Source of the DNA: a virus
Taxonomy: Duplodnaviria > Caudoviricetes
Length of the DNA: 26,290 nt
Reading direction: 5' to 3' (one strand)
IMG/VR virus record: IMGVR_UViG_3300012971_000075
Span: 1 to 26,290 of that record
The translations under genes were made by a program, and so were the position numbers. The notes beneath the pieces are model-generated. The model searched no databases and was not told the DNA's origin. It saw only the letters and a list, made by a program, of their open reading frames with translations. Numbering within the stretch: position 1 is the stretch's first letter; each line of letters starts with the position of its first letter. Positions 24,851-26,290 of the stretch are shown piece after piece.

Positions 24851-24919
24851 TGTCGTTCTCTCTTTCAGTCTGCAAAGGGTGGTCTAGAATCCGTGTTTGC
24901 GGGCGCAGGGGTCGCGCGA
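24851..24919. repeat. ~69-bp intergenic direct repeat, copy 2
   Basis: Near-identical to 24187-24255. Confidence 0.9.
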
Positions 24920-24956
24920 GGGGGAAGGTTCGTCAAGAATCATCCGGTCCGGGCGC

Positions 24957-25652
24957 CTAGTGCGCCCGGTAGCTAATCGGCAGGGTAGGCGCGTCCCAGC
25001 ATGCGCGACAGTCGCGGCACTCGTTATTCTGGCGCGATGCCGGACAGGTAAATGAGCCGTCGTCGGCCGCGGTCGAGCCGGCCGACAGTCCCGGGATCCT
25101 TGGCGCCGGCGCGTTGAAAAAGAGTGCCGAGGGTCGCACGGTCACGTTGTCGAGGCCGGCGAGCGCGGTCAACGCCAATTCCCACGCCATCCTGGTCGCC
25201 GGCGAGATCTTCGCCATCGTCAATGGCCGCCAGGAGCGCGTCGGAAACCAGAATTTGATGTCCGGCAGACTCTGACAGATACGTACCCATGCCCACGTGT
25301 AGGCCGGCGAGAACAGATCGCCCGAGTCGTGCACCCGGAAATACGGCTTGCCGGCACGCCGGATGACGTCGGCTAGCGTGCGTACGTAACTGTCCGTCCC
25401 CTCCGCGGTCTTCAGACACTCGCGTGTCCACTGAAACCGGGCCCTCTGAGCTTTCTTGACGCCCGGATACTGCACGTAGCTCCCTTTGTCGGCGTAGCAC
25501 TGAGCGCAGATGGTGTGCTTCCCGGCGTTGAACGCGTACGGACACGCTTCCCGCGCCGGTAGTGACCAGCTAGCACACGGCATCTTTCTGGCCTCAGTCA
25601 AGAGCAGCGTCGTCGTGCCGGGCACGTACGCCCGCGGAATGTAGTGTCTCAT
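24957..25652 (-). CDS. GP88-like Fe-S / radical-SAM-like phage protein
   Basis: 'WSLPAREACP...ICAQCYADKG', 'YFRVHDSGDLFS', 'FWFPTRSW', 'CPA...ECRDCRACWD'; GAGGAG RBS before ATG 25652. Confidence 0.8.
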   Translation of the reverse strand: MRHYIPRAYVPGTTTLLLTEARKMPCASWSLPAREACPYAFNAGKHTICAQCYADKGSYVQYPGVKKAQRARFQWTRECLKTAEGTDSYVRTLADVIRRAGKPYFRVHDSGDLFSPAYTWAWVRICQSLPDIKFWFPTRSWRPLTMAKISPATRMAWELALTALAGLDNVTVRPSALFFNAPAPRIPGLSAGSTAADDGSFTCPASRQNNECRDCRACWDAPTLPISYRAH

Positions 25653-25993
25653 CGGTCGCACTCCTCGCACACGCCGAGTGCGTTGAAGCGATGCCCAATG
25701 ATCTCGCAGCGCTCAATGTGGTACTGCCGCGTGTGGAATACCGTGTATGAGCCGTCCGGTTCGATGGTGTAGTTCACATCGTCCCGGTCCCCAATCAGCT
25801 CGCCACACACGGAACACGCGATGTCAGCATCGTCTGCCTCGAGAATCGCTTTGGGCAGCTCGGCCGGCGTCTCTACATACCCACGCGTCATGTGGCATGG
25901 GCACGTGCACTCCGAAGGCGCTAGACACAACACGTGTCGCGACCATTGGCAGTCTGCACTCTTGCCCGTCTCAGGATTGATCAACGTGTTCAT
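25649..25993 (-). CDS. Cys/His-rich multi-zinc-finger protein
   Basis: 'CQWSRHVLC...CTCPCH', 'CSVCG', 'CEIIGH...CEEC'; ATGA overlaps at both ends. Confidence 0.65.
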   Translation of the reverse strand: MNTLINPETGKSADCQWSRHVLCLAPSECTCPCHMTRGYVETPAELPKAILEADDADIACSVCGELIGDRDDVNYTIEPDGSYTVFHTRQYHIERCEIIGHRFNALGVCEECDR

Positions 25994-26148
25994 GGGTGGA
26001 CGTGCTCCCCATGTCCACAATTGCGGCAGTACAGGTAGCCGTTTGAATCACTCGTGCACTCAAATCGTGGGCACCCGTCATCTGTGCTGTACCGCTCACC
26101 GTAGATCTCGTCACACTCGACACAGATCACTCGTCGTCTCGTCTTCAC
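25990..26148 (-). CDS. Small Cys-rich protein
   Basis: GAGGAG RBS; 'CVEC...CPRFEC...CRNCGHGEHVH'. Confidence 0.6.
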   Translation of the reverse strand: MKTRRRVICVECDEIYGERYSTDDGCPRFECTSDSNGYLYCRNCGHGEHVHP

Positions 26149-26290
26149 TCTCGTCGTCTCCTCAGACTCAGTCTCTGTCAGCCGTGGTCTCGACTGACAC
26201 CCCTTACTGTAGTGCAATGTTATAGAACACAACTAGAACAGGCCGTTGAGGTCCGGTTGCGAGACCAGGATGCTGCCGGTTGTGTCGACA

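Noticed and set aside
23975-24919. CRISPR-like or integron array
   Set aside because: Repeats are irregularly spaced, separated by whole genes, and lack CRISPR or attC structure; no cas or intI gene.
26225-26239. Alphaproteobacterial LexA box (GAAC-N7-GAAC)
   Set aside because: Spacing fits, but the Rpf, LGFP-like gene and GAAC-N4-GTTC palindrome argue against such a host; kept only as half-sites.

Overview
This 26.3 kb window is a segment of a high-GC temperate tailed phage, probably podovirus-like because no tape measure or tail tube gene is visible. The host is most likely an Actinomycetota or Chloroflexota-type bacterium (inference from a GAAC-N4-GTTC box and an Rpf domain). Left to right: (1) a late module with scaffold, major capsid, an antisense HNH endonuclease, small basic and decoration proteins, adaptor, collagen-like fibres, putative nozzle, tail fibre, C39-like peptidase and holin candidates; (2) a leftward coiled-coil/HTH cluster; (3) an apparently intact attP-like region next to a tRNA-Val(UAC); (4) a leftward unit of XRE HTH, structured leader, tyrosine integrase, small membrane peptide and a 355-aa ORF, behind a near-consensus promoter containing an SOS-like box; (5) a rightward early/replication operon with excisionase-like HTH, Gp157, a stand-alone exported Rpf, VRR-NUC, SWIM, SSB, split primase/helicase and DUF4326; (6) a leftward array of small genes with repeated start-associated motifs and a GP88-like Fe-S protein. 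The most notable items are the stand-alone resuscitation-promoting factor, LexA-like control of the repressor/integrase unit, duplicated gene-terminus scars with locally recoded ends, and the structured integrase leader. All family calls come from motif recognition by eye, not from database searches.
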